Assembly: GCA_963765125.1 (NCBI GenBank)
Contig: CAVXUZ010000005.1
Location: forward strand, 33,596 to 97,595
Source: an uncultured candidate division WWE3 bacterium
GTDB taxonomy: Bacteria > Patescibacteriota > WWE3 > UBA101185 > UBA10185
Reading direction: 5' to 3'
Length of the DNA stretch: 64,000 nucleotides
Positions 19,529 to 30,183 of this stretch are shown here, piece after piece (position 1 is the first letter of the stretch; each line of letters starts with the position of its first letter). The notes beneath the pieces were generated by a model, which searched no databases, was not told where the DNA came from, and saw only the letters and a program-made list of their open reading frames with translations. Position numbers and translations under genes: made by a program.

Positions 19529-20173
19529 TTATTTAACTTTAAAAGTTTTTCTGTGTAAATCGGAGAACCCGTGTTTTTTAATCATGTTGCGGTGAAATTC
19601 GGTGCCGTATCCTTTATGTCGTTCAAAACCATAGACTTCGTATTTGTTGTTATGTGAAAACCTCTCCATTAAGGCGTCCCTATAGACTTTCGCGACGATA
19701 GACGCTGCTGCAATAGAAATGCTGAGACTATCTCCCCTTTTAATGTTTGTCTGTGATTCTTTCGCAAAGTTCTTAATCTCAAACGCGTCTGTAAGTATAT
19801 GGTGGGGTTTTTTATCGAGTTTGAGTACAGCTTTTTCAAAGGCAATTTGAGTGCATTTTGAAATACCTAGCCTATCAACCTCTAAATTGTCTATTTCAAC
19901 CACTGAGTACGCTAATGCCTCATTAACGATGAATTCATTTAATTTACAGCGTTTATTGTGGGTTAGTAATTTTGAATCATTAATTTCGTCGTACAACTTG
20001 TGTTCATCTAATAAATTTTTGTAATCATTTAAGTGTTTGGGGTTTAGAATAACGGCAGAAACAACCATTGGCCCTGCGAGGCACCCGCGCCCTACTTCAT
20101 CCACGCCAGCGATGTACTTTAGTCCCCTGTTCCAGAGGTTTCGTTCGAATTTTGTGAGTAGATCAAGCGGCAT
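19529..20173 (-). CDS. rnhB: Ribonuclease HII
   Basis: AGVDEVGRGCLAGP, DSK, IAAASIVAKV.RD, HKGYGT. Confidence 0.96.
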   Translation of the reverse strand: MPLDLLTKFERNLWNRGLKYIAGVDEVGRGCLAGPMVVSAVILNPKHLNDYKNLLDEHKLYDEINDSKLLTHNKRCKLNEFIVNEALAYSVVEIDNLEVDRLGISKCTQIAFEKAVLKLDKKPHHILTDAFEIKNFAKESQTNIKRGDSLSISIAAASIVAKVYRDALMERFSHNNKYEVYGFERHKGYGTEFHRNMIKKHGFSDLHRKTFKVK

Positions 20174-20188
20174 TTAATTGTTGGGTAA

Positions 20189-22804
20189 TTATTTTTCTGC
20201 AGGTTGAGGTGCACTGGTTTCGACAGTTTCATCCTCTAGCACTGCTACTGAGGTAACCTTATCGTTATCCTTTAGTTTGATTAATCTGACGCCTAAAGTA
20301 GCGCGTCCGAGTACTGGAATATCAGCAGCGGCAACTCTTATCACCATGCCACTTTCAGTTGCTATTAGAAGATCAATCTTAGTTCCATCGTTGATTGCCT
20401 TAGCTGCGACTAGGTTGCCGGTTTTATCGCTTGGTTTATATGCAATAATCCCCGACCCTCCCCTATTTTGTGTTTTGTACTCAGTGAAAGGAGTTTTCTT
20501 ACCGTAACCTTTTTCAGCTACTGTACACAGAAGCATTTTGTCGCTTTTTTCAGGAATTATAATTGCGCTTACGACTACATCTTTTGGATTTTTTAGCTTG
20601 ATACCGCCAACGCCGCTAGCGGTTCTACCCATAGGTCTTGCGTCAGCCTCATTAAATCGTATAGACTGCCCCTCAGCGGTCGTAATCATTACATCATCTT
20701 TACCGTATGTAATGCCGGCAAACACTAGGCTATCACCATCTGTTAGGTTAATTGCCTGTATACCTGATGATCTTATATGGCGATACTGCTCAATATCGGT
20801 CTTTTTAACTTTTCCTTGGTTTGTAACGAAAAAGACAAAGCCACCCATATTATCCATTTCTTCTGGGCTAAGCGTTAAAAATGCCTCGACTCTTTCTTCG
20901 GAGCCTATGCTTAAGAAGTTAACTAGAGGTGTTCCTTTTGCGATTCTCGAGTATTCAGGTATTTCCCATATTCTCATCTTGTAAACCTTGCCTGTGTTTG
21001 TAAATACGAGAGCCCAATCATGAGCTTGGCACGACTTGATGGTTGTAACTTGGTCTTCATCTTTCAGCTGCGCACCAGATATACCCGTTCCTCCTCTACC
21101 CTGTGTTCTGTAGGCGCTTTCTTTCATTCTCTTTATATAACCGCCTGCAGATATGGTAATTATTGACTCTTCGTTTACGATTATGTCTTCATCGCTTATT
21201 TCATCAATCAAACCTTTTACTACTTTAGTGCGGCGTTCATCGTTAAATTTTTCTTTTAGCTCTAATAATTCGCTTCTGACCCTTTCAATAATTAGTTTTG
21301 GTGATGCAAGTAGTTCCTCAAATCCTTGTATTGTCTTAATAATCTCTTTTAACTCGTCCTCAATCTTTTTTCTTTCGAGCGCGGCGAGTCTTCTAAGTTG
21401 CATATCTAAGATTGCCTGAGCTTGAATATCTGAAAAATCAAATACTTTAATAAGCTTTTCTTTTGCTACATCAGCGTCTGGGCTACTTCTGATCAATTTT
21501 ATTATTTCGTCAAGATTGTCCAAAGCTTTTTTCAGACCGAGCAATATGTGTTCTCTAAGCTTTGCTTTCTTAAGTAAAAAGATTGTTCGTCGGATTATTA
21601 CTTGCTGTCTGTGGATAATAAATTCTTCGAGAATATTCTTAAGAGTCATTAATCTTGGCTCATTATTTAGCAGTGCGACAATGTTTGCGTTGAATGTACT
21701 CTGCAGAGGAGTGTATTTGTACAAACTGTTCTCAATCTTCTTGGGTATTGCGTCTCTTTTTAACTCAATAACAACTCTGATTTCGTTTCTGCTTGATTCG
21801 TCGCGTAAATCTGTGATTCCCTCAATCCTTTTATCTTTAACTAGTTCGGCAATTTTGGTTAAGAGTGAAGATTTTTCAATTTGATATGGAATTTCTTTAA
21901 CGATGATGCGAGTTTTTCCGCCTTTTGTTTCCTCAATCTCCATCTTGGCTCGTGTTACTACCCTTCCTCTACCTGTTGCGTACATATGGACGATTTCTTT
22001 TTGATCATAAATTATTCCACCCGTTGGGAAATCTGGTCCGTGAATATAACTGATAAGTTCTTGTGCTGTGGCGCTAGACTCAAATTTAGTTTTTGCGATT
22101 TTTAAAATCTGTTTTTGATTAACAACGTCAATTTCATGGTCATAAGTGTCTGTTCCTATGGAGTCTGCTTTATCTATCATGAAATTAATAGCGTCTATCA
22201 CTTCGCCTAGATTATGGGGAGGAATATTTGTTGCCATTCCGACTGCGATGCCCGATGAGCCGTTAATTAAAAGGTTTGGTAATAGTGATGGCAAGTATTG
22301 TGGTTCTTCGGTTTGCAGGTCATTAAGCTCAAAATCAACCGTATCCGAGTCAATATCGCGGTAAAGCTCTTCTGCAATTTTGCTAAGTTTGCTTTCTGTG
22401 TACCTCATGGCTGCTGGAGGGTCGCCGTCGATGCTTCCGAAGTTTCCTTGAGGCATTATGAGTGGGTATCTAAGTGAAAAGTCTTGTGCCATTCTAACCA
22501 ATGAGTCGTAGATGGCTGTATCACCGTGAGGATGATACTTTTTCATAACTTCACCAACAACAGAGGCGCATTTAAAGTATTTGCCAGTATGGACCATATT
22601 TTGGTCCTGCATAGCGTAGATGATTCTTCGGTGGACTGGTTTTAAGCCGTCTCTGACGTCAGGTAGTGCTCTAGAAACGATTACGCTCATCGCGTAGTCA
22701 AGATATGCGGTTTGCATCTGCTCATTAATGTCAGTTGTACCTTTTAGCAGGCCGTTATCGTCATACTCTTTAATGGGTTCTAGTTCTGTATCTTTTTCTT
22801 CCAT
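20189..22804 (-). CDS. gyrA: DNA gyrase subunit A
   Basis: RALPDVRDGLKPVHRR, HPHGD, AAMRYTE, GyrA box QGRGGTG, beta-pinwheel repeats. Confidence 0.97.
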   Translation of the reverse strand: MEEKDTELEPIKEYDDNGLLKGTTDINEQMQTAYLDYAMSVIVSRALPDVRDGLKPVHRRIIYAMQDQNMVHTGKYFKCASVVGEVMKKYHPHGDTAIYDSLVRMAQDFSLRYPLIMPQGNFGSIDGDPPAAMRYTESKLSKIAEELYRDIDSDTVDFELNDLQTEEPQYLPSLLPNLLINGSSGIAVGMATNIPPHNLGEVIDAINFMIDKADSIGTDTYDHEIDVVNQKQILKIAKTKFESSATAQELISYIHGPDFPTGGIIYDQKEIVHMYATGRGRVVTRAKMEIEETKGGKTRIIVKEIPYQIEKSSLLTKIAELVKDKRIEGITDLRDESSRNEIRVVIELKRDAIPKKIENSLYKYTPLQSTFNANIVALLNNEPRLMTLKNILEEFIIHRQQVIIRRTIFLLKKAKLREHILLGLKKALDNLDEIIKLIRSSPDADVAKEKLIKVFDFSDIQAQAILDMQLRRLAALERKKIEDELKEIIKTIQGFEELLASPKLIIERVRSELLELKEKFNDERRTKVVKGLIDEISDEDIIVNEESIITISAGGYIKRMKESAYRTQGRGGTGISGAQLKDEDQVTTIKSCQAHDWALVFTNTGKVYKMRIWEIPEYSRIAKGTPLVNFLSIGSEERVEAFLTLSPEEMDNMGGFVFFVTNQGKVKKTDIEQYRHIRSSGIQAINLTDGDSLVFAGITYGKDDVMITTAEGQSIRFNEADARPMGRTASGVGGIKLKNPKDVVVSAIIIPEKSDKMLLCTVAEKGYGKKTPFTEYKTQNRGGSGIIAYKPSDKTGNLVAAKAINDGTKIDLLIATESGMVIRVAAADIPVLGRATLGVRLIKLKDNDKVTSVAVLEDETVETSAPQPAEK

Positions 22805-22897
22805 AACTGATTAATGATACCAAGATTACATTGTGTAATCAATGGAAATACTACGTTTAAACACGCACTTTTTGGCTTTATTTCGACCTTGATTAGA

Positions 22898-24922
22898 TTA
22901 TAATCCGAAGTAAACAATTACCAATGGAGCTATTAACAAAGCTACAATTTGGATTATTTTCATCATCGGATTTATTGCTGGTCCGGAAGTATCTTTGAGA
23001 GGATCACCTACGGTGTCCCCTACTACGGCAGCTTTATGTGCCATACTTCCTTTTCCACCCATATTGCCGTCCTCAATGTACTTTTTAGCGTTATCCCAAG
23101 CTCCGCCTGTGTTGCAGCTATAAAGTGCAACCATTAAACCTGACGCGATAGCCCCTGCTAAAAATCCACCGAGAGCCTCAGCACCAAGCGTGCTGGCAAA
23201 AATTGGTGATGTAACAACAATAGCTGCAGGAATGATCAACTCTTTTTGTGCAGCCGCTGTAACAATATCAACAGCTTTTGAGTAATCTGGTAATGCTTTA
23301 CCTTCCATTATGCCTTTAATTTCTTTGAATTGGCGCCTTACCTCTTCAATGACTTGGTAAGCAGCAACACCAACTGCCTTCATAAGCCTTGAACTAAATA
23401 AGTAAGGAAGTACGCTACCAAACAATAACCCAACAAAAACCTTAGGATTTGCGATATCTATAGCTACAAGTCCGGTTATTTCAAAGTATGTTGCAAATAA
23501 TGAACTTGCGGCGATGACGGCTGATCCTACTGCAAAACCTTTTGTAAGAGCTTTTGTGGTATTACCGACAGCGTCGAGACCTGATGTGACTTCAGCAGCC
23601 TTTTCAGATAAACCTGCCATTTCACACATTCCTTGAGCATTGTCTGAGATAGGTCCAAATGTATCCAATGCCATAATAATTCCTGTCGTAGCGAGCATTC
23701 CCATACCAACTAGTGAAACACCGTAAAATCCAAGAAGCTCGTAACCTATTAGTATGCCCCCGATCATAACCAATGTTGAAGCAAAGGTTGACTCCATTCC
23801 GTAAGACATTCCAGAAATGATGTTTGTACCGGCGCCTGTTTCAGAAGCTTTTGCGATTGCAACAACCGGCTTTTCTCCTGGTCCAGTGTAGTATTTGGTG
23901 ATAAAAAGCAAAGCTAACATAGCAACAATACCTGCGACCGCTGCGTATCCCGCTTTTACTTCTCCAAGAAGATAATAAGCAAGACCCATAAATATAAACG
24001 CAGAAGATATGGCTGAGATAACAAAACCTCTAATTAACGGTTGAATTGCACCCTTATCTTTTTTAGTAGCTTTAACAAAGAATGAACCAAGGATCGAAGT
24101 GAAAATAGCTGCTGACCTTGCAAGTAGAGGGAAAACGACTCCTTTGAGTCCAAACATATGTCCGCCTAAAATCATGGCTGCAACGACGGTTAACTCATAT
24201 GATTCAAAGACATCCGCTGCCATACCGGCGCAGTCTCCAACGTTGTCACCAACGTTATCTGCGATAACTGCTGGATTTCTTGGGTCATCTTCAGGAATAC
24301 CTTTTTCAACTTTGCCTACTAAGTCGGCACCTACATCAGCTGCCTTTGTAAATATACCGCCCCCTACTCTCATAAAGAGTGCGAGAAGCGCAGCACCAAA
24401 TCCATAACCAACCAAAACATCAGTTGCGTGTTTAGCAACTTGCGCATCGCCCTGTGTGTGAAAAGAGAAATATGACCACATATAGATAAGTGAAACACCG
24501 AGTAGTCCAAGTCCGACAACGAGCATTCCGTTTACTGTACCTGCGCCAAAAGCAACTTTTAGAGCGGGGTTTAGGCCTCTTAACGCGGCATTTGCTGTTC
24601 TAACGTTAGCTTGAACGGCAACCCACATACCAATGTATCCGATAATTGCGCTTGAGATTGCACCGAGCAAAAACGTTACCGCAATATCAGCACCCATAGT
24701 CGCGAAAAGAATAAAGAAAAGGACAATCATAAAAGGAATGATTACCTTAAATTGTCTTTTAAGATAAGCCATGGCTCCGTCTCTGATAGCTTGAGCAATA
24801 GCCTTAAGCTTTGGAGAACCTTCTGGCTCTTTTAGTACTTGTTTTGTTAAATAAAAACCATAGGCAAGCGCAATAACCGATGTTATTGGTGCTCCGAAAA
24901 GTGCGATCAATTGTATATCCAT
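22898..24922 (-). CDS. hppA: Membrane-bound proton-translocating pyrophosphatase (K+-independent signature)
   Basis: [55 protein letters not shown]. Confidence 0.95.
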   Translation of the reverse strand: MDIQLIALFGAPITSVIALAYGFYLTKQVLKEPEGSPKLKAIAQAIRDGAMAYLKRQFKVIIPFMIVLFFILFATMGADIAVTFLLGAISSAIIGYIGMWVAVQANVRTANAALRGLNPALKVAFGAGTVNGMLVVGLGLLGVSLIYMWSYFSFHTQGDAQVAKHATDVLVGYGFGAALLALFMRVGGGIFTKAADVGADLVGKVEKGIPEDDPRNPAVIADNVGDNVGDCAGMAADVFESYELTVVAAMILGGHMFGLKGVVFPLLARSAAIFTSILGSFFVKATKKDKGAIQPLIRGFVISAISSAFIFMGLAYYLLGEVKAGYAAVAGIVAMLALLFITKYYTGPGEKPVVAIAKASETGAGTNIISGMSYGMESTFASTLVMIGGILIGYELLGFYGVSLVGMGMLATTGIIMALDTFGPISDNAQGMCEMAGLSEKAAEVTSGLDAVGNTTKALTKGFAVGSAVIAASSLFATYFEITGLVAIDIANPKVFVGLLFGSVLPYLFSSRLMKAVGVAAYQVIEEVRRQFKEIKGIMEGKALPDYSKAVDIVTAAAQKELIIPAAIVVTSPIFASTLGAEALGGFLAGAIASGLMVALYSCNTGGAWDNAKKYIEDGNMGGKGSMAHKAAVVGDTVGDPLKDTSGPAINPMMKIIQIVALLIAPLVIVYFGL

Positions 24923-25058
24923 TTGTTGTCCTTAATATGATAAAGAAATAATTACTTTAGTTTGAAAAACTTCGTAAATTATACATTTATATCTGTATAT
25001 GGCAAGTTTTTCTGCCTGTTTGAACCAATAATGCGAACGTTAAAAATTTATCGTTAAA

Positions 25059-25556
25059 TCATTTAAGATTTAAGTTAAAACCACGCTCGTAAACACTGTT
25101 GTCATTTCCTCCGTCGCTTTGTGCATTTATCTGGTAGCGGTTTGACTCAAAAACCATATTTAGTTCAAAATCGGTACCGTTTGAATAATATGAGAATACG
25201 TAAGGATCGGAATTTACCGGATCGGCTGGAAGTACAGATATTACATCGATTAATCCCCTACCCTTTAAGTCAACAAATTTTACCCACCCCAATCCGTTTA
25301 TATTATTTGAACCAAGATTTGAACTGCAGTCAGAACAACCGATTGTGTTGCTAAGTTGGATTACACCGTTTGCAATAGAATCAATAATTGCAGTTTGAAC
25401 ACTGAGCATATCATTCATTCTGCGCGCATCTCTTGCTTGTTTTTGATACTCGTTAACGTCGAGTATCTTAACCATAATTCCTGTAAGTATTCCAATAATT
25501 GAAATTACGATTAGAAGTTCAATAAGTGTAAATGCATTTGGTTTGGTGATGGGCAT
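25059..25556 (-). CDS. Type IV pilin-like protein (paralog of the major pilin)
   Basis: A|FTLIELLIVISIIGIL N-methylation motif; CxxC, GWVKF, LP.DP.N, DGG shared with 32599..33096. Confidence 0.88.
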   Translation of the reverse strand: MPITKPNAFTLIELLIVISIIGILTGIMVKILDVNEYQKQARDARRMNDMLSVQTAIIDSIANGVIQLSNTIGCSDCSSNLGSNNINGLGWVKFVDLKGRGLIDVISVLPADPVNSDPYVFSYYSNGTDFELNMVFESNRYQINAQSDGGNDNSVYERGFNLNLK

Positions 25557-25579
25557 TACTAAAAGTATAGTGTGAAGTG

Positions 25580-27559
25580 CTAGGTTTTGTCGATATTTGC
25601 TTCTTTAGCGTGAGTTTGTATAAATCTTTTTCTTGGAGGTACTTCGCTTCCCATTAGCATTGTGAAAACCTCGTCTGTTTTTGCTTCGTCGCTAATGCTG
25701 ATTTGTAAAAGTTTTCTTGTTTCTGGATTCATTGTGGTTTCCCAGAGTTCATCGGCATTCATTTCTCCTAGACCTTTAAACCTTTGCACAACAGCTTTTT
25801 TACCGGCGTCTGTCTTGAGAAATTCCTGTCTTTCATTTTCGTCAAAAAGGTACTTCTTTTCCTTATTCCAAGAAGCTTTAAACAGCGGTGGAACTGCCAC
25901 AAAAATGTGTCCTTCATCAATCAATTGCTTCATATGTCTATAGAAGAAAGTTAAATGCAAAGTCATGATGTGCATTCCGTCACTATCTGCATCGGCCATA
26001 ATGATGATCTTGTGATATCTGAGTTTTTCTGCGTTGTATTGTTCCCCTATTCCAGCGCCGACAGCTACGATTAAGCTTTTGAATTTGTCAGATTCTACAA
26101 TTTTATCGATTCTTGCACGTTCGGTATTTAAAACTTTTCCAAACAAAGGAAGAATTGCTTGAGTTTCTCTGTTTCTACCTTGTTTTGCTGAACCTCCTGC
26201 TGAATCTCCCTCAACAATAAAAAGCTCTGCTCTTTTTGGATCTTTTGTTGCGCAGTCAGAAAGTTTACCTGGTAATACGCCGCTACCTGAATCCAAAAGA
26301 TTCTTTCGGATAACTGTATCCCTTGCAGCTTTTGCAGCCATTCTTGCTTTTAATGCGAGTACATTTTTTTCAATGATTGCTTTAGCGTCTCGAGGGTTTT
26401 CGTTTAGAAAATTTTCAAGTCCGTCTTTAACTACGGTTTCAACTGCTTGTCTAACGATTGTGTTTCCTAGTTTTGCCTTTGTTTGGCCTTCAAACTGAAG
26501 TGTTTCAGAGTTCAGCTGAACAGAAATTACTGCTGTTAGGCCCTCTCTTAAATCGTCACCTGAAAGATTATCGTCTTTGTCTTTAATAATATTTGATTTT
26601 CTTGCATAGTCATTGATTGATTTGGTTAATGCCGATCTAAACCCTGTCATATGGGTTCCACCTTCATTATTTTTAAGATGGTTTGCAAAGCAAAGGAGTG
26701 TTTCATTAAATGAATCGTTGTATTGAAGAGCTACTTCAACGTCGACGTCATCTTGGGTTTTTTTAACAAAAAAGATATTTGGGTGCATGACCTGCTTATT
26801 TCTGTTAATAGCCTTTAGATAAGATTTAATTCCACCCTCAAAATAAAATGATTCTTTTATATCGTTGCGATAATCGTGCACGTCAAATTTAATATTTGCA
26901 GTTAAATACGCGTACTCTTTTACTTGATTTAAAAAGAATTTATGTTTAAAGTCGATTGTTTCAAATATTGTGTCATCGGGTAAAAACTGGACTATACTTC
27001 CCGATTCGTAGTTCCAGTCGTCGAGGTGTAATAACCATTTTGGTTTTGCGCTTAATTTTGTAACTGGTTTTTTAAGATCAAGCGTTTCTACTGGTCTAAC
27101 AACTTTTCCTCCGTTTTCATATTCTTGGATAACAATTGTATCCCCTCTTTTGACTATCACTCTGCACCACTTAGAAAGTGCGTTTACTACCGAAGCACCA
27201 ACTCCGTGGAGTCCGCTTGAGACTTTGTAACCGCCTCCGCCGAATTTTCCACCCGCGTGGAGCCTTGTATAAGCAAGTTCCAAAGCGCTTACGCCATAGC
27301 CTTCTTTTATATCAAATGGAATTCCTCTTCCGTTATCGTAGATTGCAGCTGAGCCATCTTCTAAAAATTCAAGTCTAATATGATTTGCAAAACCACCAAT
27401 ACCCTCGTCCATTGAGTTATTGAGAATTTCTGTAACCAAATGATGAAGACCCTCTTCACCTGTCGACCCGATGTACATACCAGGTCTTTTTCTGACCGGT
27501 TCGAGACCTTCTAGTACTTGTATTTGATCAGCGCTGTATTCAGAAGTTTGTTTAGTCAT
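25580..27559 (-). CDS. gyrB: DNA gyrase subunit B
   Basis: VRKRPGMYIG, HAGGKF, GLHGVG, VEGDSAGGSAK, RFKGLGEM. Confidence 0.96.
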   Translation of the reverse strand: MTKQTSEYSADQIQVLEGLEPVRKRPGMYIGSTGEEGLHHLVTEILNNSMDEGIGGFANHIRLEFLEDGSAAIYDNGRGIPFDIKEGYGVSALELAYTRLHAGGKFGGGGYKVSSGLHGVGASVVNALSKWCRVIVKRGDTIVIQEYENGGKVVRPVETLDLKKPVTKLSAKPKWLLHLDDWNYESGSIVQFLPDDTIFETIDFKHKFFLNQVKEYAYLTANIKFDVHDYRNDIKESFYFEGGIKSYLKAINRNKQVMHPNIFFVKKTQDDVDVEVALQYNDSFNETLLCFANHLKNNEGGTHMTGFRSALTKSINDYARKSNIIKDKDDNLSGDDLREGLTAVISVQLNSETLQFEGQTKAKLGNTIVRQAVETVVKDGLENFLNENPRDAKAIIEKNVLALKARMAAKAARDTVIRKNLLDSGSGVLPGKLSDCATKDPKRAELFIVEGDSAGGSAKQGRNRETQAILPLFGKVLNTERARIDKIVESDKFKSLIVAVGAGIGEQYNAEKLRYHKIIIMADADSDGMHIMTLHLTFFYRHMKQLIDEGHIFVAVPPLFKASWNKEKKYLFDENERQEFLKTDAGKKAVVQRFKGLGEMNADELWETTMNPETRKLLQISISDEAKTDEVFTMLMGSEVPPRKRFIQTHAKEANIDKT

Positions 27560-27685
27560 ACGAATGTTGGGTTATTATATGTTACTTTTTTCTAAATAAC
27601 GATAATAACTGTTAGATTTTATAGTAATTGCTAGGGCTTTTCAAGGCTACGTATTTATAGAGATGGCCTTATTAAAGCTAAAAAG

Positions 27686-28357
27686 TCAGTTTAGATTAAT
27701 GAAGATTGTTTCTAATGCCAATCTCGCATTAACGTTTGTTTCTTCAATGTCTTTTTTAATCTCTAACGCTCTTTTCAAAAATTGAACAGAGCTCTTGTCT
27801 GCAAAATTTAACATCTCTTCCCTACCCTGTGTAATTAAATCTTCTAAAACTAATACAATCTCTTCTTTTTCAAATTTCCCAATTTCCTGAGCTAATTCTA
27901 GTTTTTGTCCAAAATCCATCATTTTAATTGTTTTTAATTTATAGTTACTTTTAATTTCTTCTGTGTCATCCCTTTCTGCGTGTATTTTTCTACACCTAGA
28001 AACAACTGTTGGAAGTAGTGAATTTTCTGTTTTTGCACTTAGAACTATAAGTACTCCTGCGGGTGGTTCTTCGAGTGTTTTTAAAAGTGCGTTTTGGGCT
28101 TGGGATGTTAGAAGGTGAGCGTCGTGAATTATTACAGCTTTATTCTTTGCGCTGTAGGCTTTAGTAGAAAGAAAGGTTGTACATTTTCTAACCAAATCAA
28201 TACCTATACTATTTTTTCCTTTTTCTTTTTTAATCACTAAAAGGTCAGGATTTTCTTTTTCAACAAGTTTTAGATTGGCGTTTTTAATGATCTCAAAGAC
28301 CTTTTTTTCGCGTATTTTTAAAGTATTTCCGATAACGAGTACCGCTCCCGATGTCAT
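27686..28357 (-). CDS. holB: DNA polymerase III delta' subunit-like protein
   Basis: IGID.VR, AQNALLKTLEEPP, LLPTVVSRC. Confidence 0.8.
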   Translation of the reverse strand: MTSGAVLVIGNTLKIREKKVFEIIKNANLKLVEKENPDLLVIKKEKGKNSIGIDLVRKCTTFLSTKAYSAKNKAVIIHDAHLLTSQAQNALLKTLEEPPAGVLIVLSAKTENSLLPTVVSRCRKIHAERDDTEEIKSNYKLKTIKMMDFGQKLELAQEIGKFEKEEIVLVLEDLITQGREEMLNFADKSSVQFLKRALEIKKDIEETNVNARLALETIFINLN

Positions 28358-28419
28358 ATTCGCATTATACTATCAATCAAATGATTGTGTTATGATAGAT
28401 AATATAATTAAACCTGCCT

Positions 28420-30183
28420 ATGTTTGATGCAAGTAAACAAAAAGGAATCGAAGACGTTTTAGCCGCAAAAGGTATCTTGAGCAAAGACCAACTTTCAGCC
28501 GTAAAATTTGATCACGTTAATACTGGAAGGAGCATGCACGAGATCCTTAAAGAAAGAGGCTTTGTCTCAGAAAAGGATTTCGTAGAAGCCTACGGTGAGG
28601 TTTATAACATTCCCTATCTCAATCTAGAGAGTGAACAAATAGATGAGAATATTTTTAACATCCTTCCTCTTTCAGTTTTAAAAAAGTACAAAATAGTCCC
28701 AGTTAAACTTGAAGATAAATCAAAACTACATTTAGCCATGGAAGATCCACTCGATCTTCAAACAATCGAGTTTGTAGAAAGAAAAACCGGCTACCACGTA
28801 ATTCCCTATATTGCGACGACAAAAGCATTAGAAAAGATCTTAGAAGAGTTTAAAAGTGAAGCTATTGGTGATGAAATTAGCGCTGCGTTAGAAGAAATCA
28901 CCCAAACAACGTTAAAAATTGAAGAAGGTTCTGCCGATTTGTCTGACGAAACAATAAGAGATGCGCCTGTTGCAAGAATTGTGAGCATGATTTTAGAAAC
29001 CGCTGTTAAAACCGGCGCCTCTGATGTGCACCTAGAGCCTGGTGAAGATAAGTCAAGACTACGTTACCGAGTTGATGGAATTTTAGAAGAAAAAAGAACA
29101 TTTCCTAAAGAAATGCACGATTCAATCGTTGCAAGAATAAAAATCCTTTCTAATATGAAAATTGATGAGCGCAGACTTCCTCAAGACGGTAGATTCAAAG
29201 TTCAAGTTGGCGAAACAAGCACAGATTTGCGCGTGTCGTCACTGCCGACGATATACGGTGAAAAAGCAGTTATTAGGTTGTTGAAAGAACAAGGGGTTGT
29301 TTTTAGCTACAAAGATTTAGGATTACGCGGTCTCGCGTTGAAAAGATTTGAAGCAGCATCGTTTAAACCAACGGGTATGATTCTTGTTACAGGTCCTACA
29401 GGTTCAGGAAAAACCGTCACGCTTTCTGCAGCGCTCTCTAAATTAAATACTGCGAGAGTAAACATCGTTACAATTGAAGACCCTGTTGAAATTCGTGTCA
29501 GCGGTGTTAACCAGGTTCAAGTCAATCCTCAAGCAGGATTAACATTCGCTGCAGGGCTAAGATCATTCTTACGACAAGACCCAAACATTATTCTAGTGGG
29601 AGAGATTCGAGACAGTGAAACTGCGGAGCTAGCAATCCACGCGGCATTAACTGGGCATTTAGTTTTATCGACTCTCCACACCAATTCTGCTGCTGGAGCA
29701 ATTCCTAGGTTATTAGATATGAAGGTTGAAGATTTTCTGCTCTCCTCTACCCTGAATGCTGTTTTAGCACAAAGACTTGTGAGAAAAATTTGTAATGAAT
29801 GCAAAGAGCCGTACGAACCTCCTGAGGAAATACAAAAACAAATTAGAGAAATTCTCGCCGAAGTTAAGACAAACAAAATTCTCGTTTCAAAAGATCCGGA
29901 CGTGGCAAAATTATTAAAAGAATTAGATAAACCAGCAATTACTTTATATAAAGGAAAAGGTTGCGATGTTTGTGGCCAGACAGGCTACAAAGGTAGAATT
30001 GGTATTTTTGAATTATTAGAAATGAATGAAAAGATTGCACGTTTAACGATAGATGGTAGCCCAGCAGAAACAATCGAAAAACAAGCGATAGAAGATGGAA
30101 TGCTCAAACTGCTGCACGACGGCTACTTGCGAGCTTTAGAAGGAAATACAACTATTGAAGAAGTTATGAGGGTTGCAAAATAA
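28420..30183 (+). CDS. pilB: Type IV pilus assembly ATPase PilB (GspE/PulE family)
   Basis: ASDVHLEP, PQDGR, GPTGSGKT, LRQDPN.ILVGEIRD, CxxC...CxxC. Confidence 0.93.
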   Translation: MFDASKQKGIEDVLAAKGILSKDQLSAVKFDHVNTGRSMHEILKERGFVSEKDFVEAYGEVYNIPYLNLESEQIDENIFNILPLSVLKKYKIVPVKLEDKSKLHLAMEDPLDLQTIEFVERKTGYHVIPYIATTKALEKILEEFKSEAIGDEISAALEEITQTTLKIEEGSADLSDETIRDAPVARIVSMILETAVKTGASDVHLEPGEDKSRLRYRVDGILEEKRTFPKEMHDSIVARIKILSNMKIDERRLPQDGRFKVQVGETSTDLRVSSLPTIYGEKAVIRLLKEQGVVFSYKDLGLRGLALKRFEAASFKPTGMILVTGPTGSGKTVTLSAALSKLNTARVNIVTIEDPVEIRVSGVNQVQVNPQAGLTFAAGLRSFLRQDPNIILVGEIRDSETAELAIHAALTGHLVLSTLHTNSAAGAIPRLLDMKVEDFLLSSTLNAVLAQRLVRKICNECKEPYEPPEEIQKQIREILAEVKTNKILVSKDPDVAKLLKELDKPAITLYKGKGCDVCGQTGYKGRIGIFELLEMNEKIARLTIDGSPAETIEKQAIEDGMLKLLHDGYLRALEGNTTIEEVMRVAK

